This document shows, piece by piece, positions 11,791 through 23,802 of a stretch of 64,000 nt of DNA (position 1 is its first letter; each line of letters opens with the position of its first letter). The position numbers and the translations under genes are program-made. Origin of the DNA: Piedraia hortae CBS 480.64 (taxonomy: Eukaryota); contig MU005976.1 in NCBI GenBank assembly GCA_010093745.1, positions 62,001 to 126,000 on the forward strand. Direction: 5' to 3'. The notes beneath the pieces were generated by a model. The model was not told the DNA's origin. It saw only the letters and a program-made list of their open reading frames with translations, and ran no database searches.

Positions 11791-12552
11791 ATGTCCAGCT
11801 GCACTGATCCAACTGCTGCCATGCGCGGATCCCACGAGGACATCGCGAAGGCAGTCGGTAAAAAGGCCCTGTTGGAGCTCGCTGCTGAAGCCAGAGCTTC
11901 GCGTGTTCCGGGTGAGCCTGTGCCTCCCGTATTGCAGTAATTACTCCCCTCACAATGGGCCCCAAATATTACTTCCAATTCTAACGAGACCTTTTCTAGT
12001 AATGTGGTCGGCACCGTGGACCTCGACATCATTATTAAGCTCCAGACGGTGGGTGAGAGGGCCATCAATGTGGAATACAATCCGAAACGCTTCACTGCGG
12101 CGAGGATCCGCCTCCGTGAGCCGAAATCCTGCACGTCAGTCTTTCCCAATGGCATGCTGGTTGTGGCTGGAGCAACGTCCCGCGCGAACTGTCGTCTTGC
12201 TGCGCGTAAGATTGCGCGCATGATGCAAAAGATCGGGTTTAAGCCACGTTTTTTGGGCTTCAAGGTCACCAACATGGTAGCGAATGCCCATCTGGGCTAC
12301 CGAGTTCATCTGCATGCACTGAAGGTCTCTCTGGAATTGGATGAGCATGTCTCGATGTGCTTCTTTGAACCTGAGTTGTGCTGTGCCCTGACATACCGAC
12401 TCGACAAGCTTTCAGTGGCCGTGTATGCCACTGGAAGTGTGGTGTTCGGTGGCGCCACCTCTGAAGATGGTATGGATGAAGCTTATAAGCATATTACCAG
12501 TGTTGCTCATTTTTTTCGCCTCGGGGAGGCCACAGATACCCAGCAATATTAA
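11791..12552 (+). CDS. Diverged TATA-binding-protein-like factor 1 (232 aa; exons 11791-11936, 12000-12552)
   Basis: Intron 11937-11999 (GTAATT…CTAAC…TAG) joins PVLH|NVVGTVDL. Both TBP repeats present: EYNPKRF, FPNGMLVVAGA, AARKIARMMQKIGF, FKVTNMVA, FEPELC, VYATGSVVFGGA. Confidence 0.9.
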
Positions 12553-13326
12553 TGGTCGCGGTCAGGAGATAGCGTGTTCGACACAGGATAACGGCCCATC
12601 GGTACAAGGTGTTCTTAAGGCATGGCGGGACTGGGTAAGCTAGAGCTCTCATGCTAGCTGGGCGTAGAAGTGTATACAATCTACAGACTAACTATTCTAT
12701 TCATGAAAGTTCTCTTTCCACTGATCCTGTATCGATTAACACTTGGGCCGTGCCCTTCTCGGAAAATTACATACTCTAATATCTTCAGTTTGCGTCTCAA
12801 GGACTGAAGCCTTAGGGTCTCAGCTAAGTGAGGAAGACGATGCATGTGTTTAGTAAGTGACTAATGGAGTGCTATCTTATGGCAAAGCGCGTAGAAAGCT
12901 ATAGAAAATGATAAACTGTAAACGAAACCCGCCAGCGTTCCTCAATGTTAGAGACCGAGGCGGGACCAAAAAAGAACTACCAAGTCAGTCAGATTCCAGA
13001 CTCCAACAATTATGCACCCAGAGATGTCGTGGACAATTCGTGCAGCTTGGAAGACTAAAAGCAAATAGATTGCATCTAATGCGCATCTCCTTCATGTGCT
13101 TATGCCTGCCCCGCTACTAACAGGAACTCGTGTGCACAATTCCAATGAGTGGAATCTTCAGATCAAATGTCCAGGCAAGCAATTGAGTTTGCACATACAA
13201 ATGTCTTACAAATGTAAAGTGTATAGTCTTGTACATAGAGGCTACATGTGGACTGCCCTTTCCTGTATAGAATATACACAAGGCTCAAGAGGAACCATCC
13301 CGCCCACAGCTCTGGATATGGCCACT

Positions 13327-14042
13327 TTACTTAGCCCGTGAGTCTCTTGAACGGCTTGTATCATCGGCAGAGCTGGACACTTTTACATGGCTTATGAGGA
13401 TCGGACGGATGAAGTCCAGCGCACGATCAATGTCTTCTTGGGACTTGGCTCCAGTAAAAACAATATTGCCGTTATCAAAAATTACCAGCGTCATCTTCGG
13501 ATCGAAGATTTTGAAGGTCATTCCTGGAAATAGTTCGGTTTCGTAAATTGTCTGCGCCCCATACTTACCAATGTTCAGCTTATTCAGATCAAGCCTAACT
13601 CCTAGAGAGCAAGCAGCAACTACGTTGTTAAGTTCGTACTTGTATAGACGAACCTTGTAGCCTATCCGCTGTAGGGATCGGGCGAACTTGCGTGCGGCGA
13701 GCTTGTTGTCCTTTGGCGAAGAGCAGCCCATTACGTTCATGATGCCGGTAGAGAACAGAAGGGCGGTCGCTGGCGGATTACGAAGACGCAGGATTGCTGC
13801 AGGAAATCTTTTGGGATTATATTCCACATTCCACACATTTTGTGCTACTTTGTGGAGGTCCAGGATGACATCCAGATCAACGCGAGCGGTGGTGTTTCTG
13901 GGGCGAAACATCAGTATTATGATAAGGGTATCTGAAGTCACTGAACTTACGTGATGTAGGGTGCCGAGAGGTCCTTTGAGGGGTCCAGTGATTCCAGTGC
14001 ACGCTTGGCCTCAGCGAGACATTTTCTGTGTGACTTCTCCAT
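13327..14042 (-). CDS. Diverged TATA-binding-protein-like factor 2 (about 220 aa; exons 14042-13951, 13897-13327)
   Basis: Intron 13950-13898 (GTAAGT…CTGAT…CAG) joins PYIT|NTTARVDL. Motifs EYNPKRFPA, TALLFSTG, AARKFARSLQRIGY, NNVVAAC, YETELFPG, LVIFDNGNIVFTGAKS; start codon less certain. Confidence 0.9.
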
Positions 14043-14822
14043 TGGCGCTGATAATATCTTCTGGCAGCAAGTCTTCTGGGTGCAGCTTCAGGATCGTATG
14101 ATGTGTTCAGCAAATGTTCAACGCTCCTGTATCAGTGCCCCTGTTTGTGCCGGCCTTGACGTAAGGCTCACATCCCCAGCATACTGCCATCATAAGGTGG
14201 TCCGAGCACTTATTGATTTTGCATGCACACTGGGAAAGCATGTGAAGTATGCTACATCAAAACAAAACTCTGCCCAGGGTCCGCAATATGATCAGATCTA
14301 TTCGACCGATCCAATACTGAAAAGAGGGGTTCGGACATTGCCTCAGACTGCAATAAAGGCTAGTCCATGAGAAGGGCACGTTTGAGAATATATAAATCCT
14401 GTTTACTAGTAGTAGAGCTGGATTGGCCCCAACTTGGGGTTGCGAGCCGCTGTGGTGGAGAACTTCTCCCAGCTGGTGAGTTTGGTCGAAGTGTTCTTGT
14501 TTGCAAGTTTTCACGAACAAGTAAATGACACAGCCAACCCCGCATCAACGATACACAGTTACCTAGCAAACCGCCCAGAAGCATCCGCCTGGTTCTGATG
14601 GGCCCGAAGTTACACAGCTGCAATAATCATCATTCATGTGGAACTGGCTATGGAGTATCAAATACTCCAACCCGCAAAAGAGCAGTTTATTCTACTTACG
14701 TCATTGGTTGGTTTCATGCATGCACGCCACTTTTACCCCACATTATCAGACCTCAGCCGCACGGCTCACAACCTCCCAATCTTCTTAAGTATAGCTTTCT
14801 CACACCTTTAACGGTGCCCAGC

Positions 14823-17800
14823 ATGCCCGAATGGCTGAGGCGATTGAAATCGAAGAATAAATCGCAAATCTTGAATGTACAATCGTCCACTTTCAAAGTT
14901 TCCACGTCACATACCTCGGCTTCAAGTTCGCAAACTTTATCACCTTCGCAGCTACATAATGCGCCGGTACAGACTCCAGCTCCAACAGTAGTTTCGGGGA
15001 ACCCTTTTCGAGATAAAAGCCAATTGATGCTTGACGCCCTTGCCAGTCTTCCCGCCGACGACCGCAAATTTGTGCAAGAGCTACTCGGTCCAAACAGTGA
15101 CGTTGTGAGAGACGTAGCGGTAGTGATGGCCCTGAGGGGGCGAAATCAAACTAAAAGGTCCGATCAGTATATTGTCGGGATGCAGAAAATGGCTTGCCAG
15201 ATGATGCAATTTGCGCCGGTACTTGACGTCGTGACGAATCTGAAACCGGAAGCTCTTAGTTTGCCGTGGGCCGGTGTTCGCTCTCTATTGATGGTAAGCA
15301 GCAAGTCCATAATTGTAATTCTTGGTAACATCATCTTTATAGGTGGCACAAAAGGTTTACGAGCACAGTGAGTCGCTTATGAAGGGAATCGAAACTGCGC
15401 TAGACACAAGCTACCTCATAAACGCATACTTTGACATATACAGCCAATTCAATGATACGGCCACGGTTCGGCATTTGTATGACAATATTGTCAGACTATA
15501 CAGCCTCATTTTGAAATTTTTGGCGCATGCCCATAACACATGCGACATGAACAGCATGGAACGAATGGTACACTCCTTAACAGGTGTGGTTATACCAAGC
15601 TTCAAAACTGATCACGACGAAATACTGAAGACTGTTGAATCACATGCAAAGCTTTGCAATCTCGAAGTGTCCGAGGAGCAGCGGGCTTGGGTTGACAAGC
15701 AACTGGAAGCGCTAAATAAGGCCCAAAAAGAGATCAATGATGGAGTCAAGAGCGTGCAGCGAACGCTGGATCTAAATGCTCTCCCGGTAGCTCCTGGGGC
15801 GGCTTATGACTCAATAGACTACCATAATGGTGACCAAATTGGCGAATTACAATTGTGCCTGGACGGTACCCGAGTCCATATCAAACAGAGGATACTAGAT
15901 TGGGCCACCACTTCCAATGACCAAAGGGTATTCTGGCTGTCTGGAAAAGCAGGGACGGGTAAATCCACGATTGCTCGAACCATTGCGCATGAGCTAGGGG
16001 AACAGGGGTTCTTAGTAGGGAGCTTCTTTTTCAAGCGCGATCGCGGTGAACTGAGCCGTGCGCGTAGTCTCTTTCCTACCATAACCCGTCAAATGGCGAA
16101 TTTCATACCCAGCATTGCCCATAAAATTGCTGCCGCCTCTCACGGATCACCTCCTGTTAATGAAAGGCCATTGACAAGTCAATTCGACACGCTTATTAAA
16201 GAGCCCCTTTCGGGGTACAGCACTGGTCTTGCGACAGATGTCAGGGTGATTGTTATCGATGCCCTCGATGAGTGTGAGGACTGGAGAGCGATAGATCACG
16301 CCATGACCCTATGGCCGAGACTTATTGCCCATACCTCAATGAACTTGAGAGTGTTTGTGACGAGTCGGTCGGATGATAAGATCGGAAGTAAGCTCGGCCA
16401 ATTAGGACCTCATGATCTCCAGCACGAGAAACTTGAAAGCTTGCAGACGAGCACTATCAAGAAAGACTTGACCATATACTGTCTTGACGAACTCAGGAAG
16501 CTTCGTGAAGAAAGCAAGCACGAGTTGAGCTACGATGAACTGGGAGATTCCTGGCCAGGAGAAGAAGTTGTCAATAAACTCGTTGAGATATCTCACCCAC
16601 TGTTCATTGCGGCTTCCACAATATTCAGGGATATAAGCAACAGTCCACGAAGACGAGTACGGCAATGGGTCGACCAGCTCAGTTTCACCGGTTCGAGAGC
16701 GCTTACCGAGATTTACTTGGACATCTTGAATCGAGCTGCTAGACACAACGAGGAGTGGGCTGATCAATTTCACCAAGTAATAAAGCCGATTGCTCTATTA
16801 CACTTCCCGCTCACCATTCCGGCACTTACAGATTTGCTGGGAGACGGAGACAACATGGCTGTTCCTAACGCTCTCAAACCTTTGAGTTCGGTAATCGAAT
16901 TTCCAAGTGGCAAAGATCTGAAAGCGGGCTCACGGGCTACAGTTCGGATATACCATGAATCGTTTCGAGCCTCTCTGGTGGATCCAACTCTCAAGGGCAA
17001 ATCTCCGTTTTGGATTGAGAAAGGAGAGACACACGCTACCCTCCTGAACAAGTGTATTGGCTTGCTCAAAAACAAGCTTAGCCGCGATGTGTGCAAGCAG
17101 CAAGATCTTGGAACGGAGCGCAAATTCGTGTCAGTCGAACATGTCTCCGAGCACATCCCAGAGTCGGTACAGTATGCTTGCCGCAACTGGGTCCACCATG
17201 TAGTTCATAGCAGTCAGACAATACAAGACGGTGGACAAGTGGATCGTTTCCTTCGTGAATTTTTCCTTGTTTGGACAGAGGCAATGGCTTGGCTGGACGA
17301 GCTCGGGGAGATGGTTCTAAGCCTCAAACAATTGCAAAAGGTCATAGACGTAAGTATTGTTTTCGTTGTCGGTTGGAGAGAGTGTAACTAATTCTTTTCA
17401 GACAAATTTCTCGCGGGGAGTGCAATATTTTGTCGCCGATGCTTTGAGATGGATTTCAGCACATCGAATCTTGATCAGCGACACACCACTCCAAACATAT
17501 CTCTCGGCATTAGCCTTTGCGCCAAGCAACAGCACCGTGCGAAACACCTTTAAACATGAAGTGGAAGCCCTCTTGCAAGTCTGGCCACCAGTAACCAGAG
17601 ATTGGGGCCCCGTATTACAAACGCTTAAAGGGCATACACGTTGGGTATCGGTGATAGCACCGTCGATGGACGGCAAAAGGCTTCTGACCACCGCTTTGGA
17701 TAAAACGGTACGTCTATGGGATGTTGAAAGCGGTACCGAGGAAGAGTTGATGGAATTTAACTCAGAATGCACCTTTTCAGTTCCCACTGAAGAAGGTTTT

Positions 17801-19474
17801 GCAATTATTGCCGAGTTGCGCGGAGGGTATTCGAGATGGAGATTGGAAGAAGACGTCAGACGCATCGATTTAAAGCTTCCTGGCGTTGCAAAATGCGTTT
17901 CTGTCTCTCCAAGTGGCCGATTTGCTGCATGGGGCCTCGATATGGGGGGAACCTATCTGTGGGACGGCGACATTGAGGCCGGAGAGTTGCTTGAGGTCCA
18001 ACCCTCTCCAGTGCGGTGCATGGCATTCTCATCCGACAACGAGACATTAGTGTCCGGGTCTTCCGATATCTGGAAATGGAACGCAAAATCTGGGCATAAA
18101 AAGATTTGCCACGTGGATGCAGACATTTATCACCTCGCCATTTCGCCGAACAACGTTTATGTGGTCTTTTGGTCCAATGGCGCATTACGTGTTTTTTGTC
18201 ATATTACCCAAGAGATTGATCAGATCATGCGAGTGGCACTGGGTGGGCTTCACTTTTCAACGGTTACTCCAGATAGTCAAAAGGTTTTGTTCTCGAACGA
18301 GCAAGACCTCTTCCTGTACGACTTTGGAACCAGATCTGCACCGACAAAACTGTCCTTAACAGGCTATTCCCTCATGGAATTGATATTTTCGCCTGATGGG
18401 AGAACAATCTGGGCTGGGGATATCCTTGGATCGGTGATTCAAATGGACGCAGAATTGGTGATGAAAAGTCAGCAGCAAGGTACTGGCACCGCTACTGTCG
18501 CAATGTCAGCGGATGGCAAAACACTCGCCTCATTGTCTCGGTATAATCAGCTCAGTCTTTGGAACACTGAAGCGCAGATCTGCAAACAGCGATTATCAGA
18601 TGAGCGACTCGTCAACTTTCCTGCATCTCGAAGCCTCCTCTTGATCTCATCAGATTGTTCGTTGGTAGTTGTGGCGTGCCTAAACTATACCCCGGGCAAC
18701 GCGTTGATGATATGGAATATCAAACTCAATGAACTGAGAGGGCTGAGACACAAAGCGGACAATATTTCTGCTATTGTGATCGCCCCAGATAGCAAGACTC
18801 TCCTTTGTGGTTTGCACAACGGTCAGATCTGGATCTATGACTTGAAAGGGGGCGTCCGGCAGAAGATAGTTGATGCGCATACGGACAGGATCAGAGAGAT
18901 CGTGTTTCATCCAGAAGGGCAAGGTTTTGCGTCGTTATCAAACGACAAAACGATCAAAATTTGGACTCCTCGTTCGCAAACACCATTGGTGCTAAGCGAC
19001 AAGCTCTGGGTGCATAGGGCATGTTTCTCGGCAGACGGTCATATGCTCTATACTCTACACAATAGCATTGTTGTCTCCGAATGGGACATCAAAAGGACTT
19101 GTAAGGTGCGAGAACTTGACAAGAAGATCAAGTATGATTGTTCTGGTTCCTTATTCCTGAATGGCAGCTTCGTGCATGCCAACTTCCTGCATTTCTTGCA
19201 CATGTTAGACGCCGATAAAGGCAATCAAGTTGAGACGCAGGCAGATATGTCGGGATCAACCGAAGCCCCTTCAGTGTTTGGAAACCGCCAAGTTTGGGCC
19301 TTGCAATCATTTCGCTACGATCAAGTGTGGATTACTGTTAATGGTCGGAAGATGCTCAAGCTCCCTGTTCAGCTGATTCAAGTCAATTGGGTTTCATGCG
19401 GGCGAACAATGGCAATTCCCAACAATGAGACAGGATTTACAGTATTAAATTTCACACGCAAGGTCTCTTTGTAG
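14823..19474 (+). CDS. NLR-like NACHT-WD40 protein (HET-E-like architecture), 1516 aa; exons 14823-15293, 15343-17349, 17402-19474
   Basis: Introns 15294-15342 and 17350-17401 are GT-AG and keep frame. Helical N-terminal domain (SLPWAGVRSLL), Walker A GKAGTGKST, Walker B VIVIDALDEC, FVTSR, YACRNWVHH, and C-terminal WD40 repeats (LKGHT…DKTVRLWD; HTD…DKTIKIW). Confidence 0.92.
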
Positions 19475-19959
19475 GGCAAAGTTGTCAATATGCCGGAACT
19501 GGCTTGAGATTCCCGCCAAGAGAACTACTTTGTGGTAGGATATTCATTGGCGATGTATATCATATTGAGTTGTCTTTTTAACAGGACGTATTGCACTGTG
19601 CTTTAATAGAATACTTCCACGACATCATATCATCCTTCTCCTTTTACTTCATGCACCGCATCATCATTGGCCTTGACTGTACCCGCAAGCCCATATCTTC
19701 GTATTTCTGAAGCGGCCTGGGTCCCCAATACCAGTGTCGCTGGACAGTGCGAATGGCTATGTGTGTAACTGGCTCTCCACGAGGGGACGTCAGAATAGAC
19801 ATTATGTACCGGTGGGCTGGTGACGTCACGTCATACACTAGCAGAGCGCATTCACCATGTCACATATGACATGACCCTGAGGGAAAAACTTTGTGAGGGA
19901 AAAACCTAGGGTGCAACTGGTAGTGTATGAGGTATCGCTGACTTGCTATGCAAGTGCCC

Positions 19960-20211
19960 CGCATATGCGCTAGCGGCGATGCTTGAATCCAACAAAAGTA
20001 TGAGATTATTTGGTAGGCAATGGTGTGTGAGGCACATGTATGTGTATGTAGGTGTGTTGAGGTCATGTGAAGCGCGGAACTTCACCTCACACTAACATAA
20101 GTCTAGCCGCATTTACCGAGACCACGTCACCGAGCACGCACAGAGCATGAACGGCACCGTGCCTCGTCCCAGGGATAACTTCCTCCTGTGGAGGTAAAAA
20201 CCCTGAGAAGC
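19960..20211 (+). repeat. Dispersed non-coding repeat, copy C
   Basis: atgtaggtgt…cacactaacataagtctagccgcatttaccgagaccac…agcatgaac…tcgtcccagggataacttcctcctgtggaggtaaaaaccctgagaagc. Confidence 0.7.
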
Positions 20212-20985
20212 ATCGACCTCTATCTAAGCTCGCAGATGTGACCCAGCTGTATTCTATATGAGAGGGTTTGTCGTCTTACAAAAAGACCTTTATCACTTTC
20301 GTTCTTCAGGAGCCAGTTGCTTGGCTCTGTGACAAGGCGGAATCACCTTAACAATGTCGCCTTCCTTGGCGGCTCAACATCTTGTGATAAGAAGTGCGCT
20401 GCTTGCCCGAGTAGCCGGCAAGTAAAAGTCAATTCCGTGCGAGACGCAAGCCTCGATCCACAGACCTGCGCAGGTAAACCCGAACAACTAGGTGGCTGGT
20501 TGGCGTGAGGTCGCTTCTGCCTTAGTAAGTCCATCATTTGCTATTTTTTCAGGCAAGTAGGTTGTTGGACTCATCAACGGAGGTACGTTTGTTTTTTCAC
20601 CGCTGGAATACTGGCAACATGGGGCTGCTACTGTACCCTGGAAGAGAATTGCTTAGAGGACTATAAAGGATTGGGGGAAGATTGATAGCTTAGACGAATG
20701 CAAGAGAAGAGCGAGGGCAACCTATGTCGTCAATGTAATGCTTGTGGTATGGACCCTCTCTTTGTTGTATCCCATTGCAAGCCTAATCTAAACGAGTCGT
20801 ATCCGCGCAGCAGTAAGCAGGCATATCCCAGACTCATATATACCTTGACTCAATCCGTCAAGCCTCTTCACCAGAAAAGAAGAAAAAGACAACTTACCTA
20901 GTCAACAGCAAACTCACCTACCAGTCGCCTTGTACATGATGGCGCTTCTGCCTGTATGCCAGCGCTTCCGCGCCGTACGGAATTG

Positions 20986-21012
20986 AAAAAAAAAAAAAAA
21001 AAAAAAAAAAAA
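20986..21012. repeat. Poly(A) tract, 27 nt
   Basis: Homopolymer seen directly. Confidence 0.95.
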
Positions 21013-22671
21013 CACCTGCTGGCTCCCCAGCCAGATGCAGCTCAGCCTGTCATCAATCTTGAATCCTCGAGGCCAAAGCTTAGAATGTGGTAGCCAATGC
21101 TTACCGCCGGCGAGCACTGTTCCCCGGAAGAGTGAAAAGAGCACCTGAAACGTGGGCGCAAATGCCAAAGTTTGGCGCATCCCAACCAGCGTGAAACTGG
21201 ATGGGACGAGTCACTGCCCCCTGGAGAGGGCGTGTGGCGAGAGGTTTCGGCCCTGCAAGCATCCACTGGATGCCGCAAGTAACTCTGTTAGTCAATCGGG
21301 TGTGTGTAGGCTGTTGACTCGTAGGAAGCCTGGCGACAAGGCTTTCATGTCGTTCTTGTCTCTTTGAAGTGCCATGATGCACGCAAACCATGGAAATCTT
21401 GATGGTATACTAACCTTGTGGGACGCTCTTGGTTGCTTTTTGTCAGAAGGGTCTTGATGGGCGAATTTTCAGGGTTTGATGGCCGGGACGGTGCTATGCG
21501 GGAAGCTATGAATATTGTCAGCGTTGACTCTTTGAATAGTTTTTGAGGCCACTGGGAGGCACAACCGTGTGTTGCCACTTTGGTAGCGTTGAGGCCAAAC
21601 TCTGTAACACAACGCTCTGTGTGCATTATACACCGATCGGAAAAGTGGGAGGCCGCCAAATGGCCTGAGCTTTTCCCCACCGACATTGTGGGTACCCCAC
21701 CCACACAAACACGCACACTTGCGAATTCTTTTTGCACACCAAACCTAGCACCAAGCAAAACCGCTCTCGTTGAAGCACTATAAGGACTCGAACTGACATC
21801 TGTACTAGTTACTCGCACATTCCCCCGAAACTGTCAAGTTAATGCCGTCGCCGCGCGGACACGGCAGCTCGAAAATACCAGAGAGACTCCGCAGCGTATA
21901 TCCAGTCGCAACCAACTCTTTTAAAACTCCACTCACCTTTATGAGATCAAGCGGAGTATCCGCACGGTCTTTTATAACCGGCTAACCGACACCTCCTACC
22001 GCTCGTCTTCTCTGACGAAGCGGCTTGTCCCATCCGGTTCTAGCCGGTTAGGATGCGGACCATGGCCTGGACTCACTTGCCGGCTCGACTTTGGATGTTC
22101 GGGTCGGCTTCACAGTGTATCCACAGTCTCGGTCACCCAGTTCTTGTCTGCACATGGGAACTGCAAACGCTCACTCAAGTCCCGTTTCGATAAAGTCATA
22201 TGCACTGACGAGGGACGGCCTGCACTCGCCTGGGCTGCCAGCAAATTGCCACGACAAGATTGTACAGGATCCACATCCTGCCTTATAGCCTCCAAGGACT
22301 ACGCCAACAATGCTTGAAGGGGACTAGTTGAGGTGGGATTGGTGACAAGGTGAGTTATAAGATTTTCCTTGAGGGTTTGCTGGGTTTCTGAGTGTTGGTT
22401 GAAAGGGTTCCTGCTGGGTGCAGATGAGGCAAGTGTTGAATCAGTTATTTGGGGTGACTCAGTGTTAGACCTTGTTCATCGCCACTCCAACGGTTAGCAT
22501 TTGTATGATCAATGGCATCTGTAGAATTAGCATATTACACACTTTCGATCACGGGTCTCACATCCTTTAGCCTGGAGGCTCCCCTATCGTGCCCATTGAA
22601 GGCCTGTTTTCCCCGTTTTCAACTACCAATATTCTGGCCCTCCACAGCGTTACATGCATGATTGAGATACA

Positions 22672-23784
22672 CTACCCATCACCTTCCTTGGGTGAATCCA
22701 CTTCCGATACAACACCACCAACCCTTTCCTCTTTATTACTGTCCTTCCAAAACCCCTCCCAATTGAACCTCAAACACTCATCCCCCCAACTCCACCACCC
22801 CTCGACAAGACACCTCGCAAAAGCCTCCAGAACCCTACCTCCCTCCCTCCCAATCCAAAGCCCAACCAACTCCCTGAGACACGGCTTCCGCGAATGCAAA
22901 TCAGGTACAGCGGCAATAACCCTCCTGCGAAGCATCGCTACCCTCTCCCTCTTCGCCACAAGCAAAACCTCAAACGGCCTCCTCCACATGCCCTGCAGCG
23001 GGGTGACACACTCCCCCTTGGCCGTAGTCTTCACCCAAACAACCTCTTCAGCGTGCGCTACACCTTACAGTGGAAACAAGATATCTAGCACCAGACGTCT
23101 GATCGAAGGTTTATTCGTGATCCACACAGCTACCGACCCGTCAGTGGTGAGGAGGTCTTCGAGGCGAAGTGAGCGGAGGAGATTATCTACTTCAAGAAGC
23201 GTACGCGGGACGGAATACATCCTTGCAGCCGATTTATGGCTCCTGCGGACGGAGCGGCTGGGCCAGGGTGGGTCGAGGATTATGAGGTCGAATTTTTGGC
23301 CAGAGGCAAAGGCATGAAAGAGTGTCGTTTCGCGACAGTCTGAGAGGGAGATTTTTGAGGATGGGGGGAGGATGTACACGCCTCGATTCTTGACGGAAAA
23401 GAGTTCGCCTGTGGAAGGGGTGATGTGGGTGAGAGGAAGAGGGGGAAGGGGAGGTTCGAGAGTAGAATGAGGGCGTTTGAGGCTCGAGGCCCATCGCGGT
23501 GCACACCAATCTCCTTGATGGGATTCGTGGATGGTGTTTAGTGCATGGGAGATTAGGGCGATGTGGTCTTGTGCGAGGCTTTCGTCTTCACCTGCGTTCG
23601 CTGCGAGGGTTGCTAGTTTCTGCTTTGCGGAGGGAGTTTTGGGCTCGGTAGAAGGATAGGGAGCTTCGAGAGGAGAAGATGAGAGGAGAGTACAGTTGCG
23701 GCCTTGGGCTGAGGCGATTGAGAGCGGGATGTCGAGCAAAATTATGGATGAGTCTGGGGTTTGGAAGAGAATTGGATTTGACAT
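22672..23784 (-). pseudogene. MT-A70 family (METTL4-like) adenine methyltransferase with one in-frame TAA at 23065-23067 (pseudogene or recoded gene)
   Basis: FDLIILDPPW catalytic motif and WITNK, then LFPL*GVAHAEEVVWVKTT…PFEVLLVA…HSRKP…LEAFAR…GWWSWGDE in the same frame (ORFs 23065-23784 and 22672-23034). Confidence 0.85.
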
Positions 23785-23802
23785 TTTCTTTTTTCTCTTA
23801 CA

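Noticed and set aside
14360..14640. Faint similarity of the NLR upstream region to the reverse complement of about 8980-9110
   Set aside because: Only short patchy matches; cannot be distinguished from chance by eye
20986..21012. Poly(A) as a LINE/SINE or retrocopy tail
   Set aside because: No target-site duplication or upstream retro-element similarity visible
23058..23096. Possible intron removing the MT-A70 stop codon
   Set aside because: The GTAAGG donor has no in-frame acceptor; the 39-nt alternative has a poor donor (GTCTGG), no branch site and would delete a core helix
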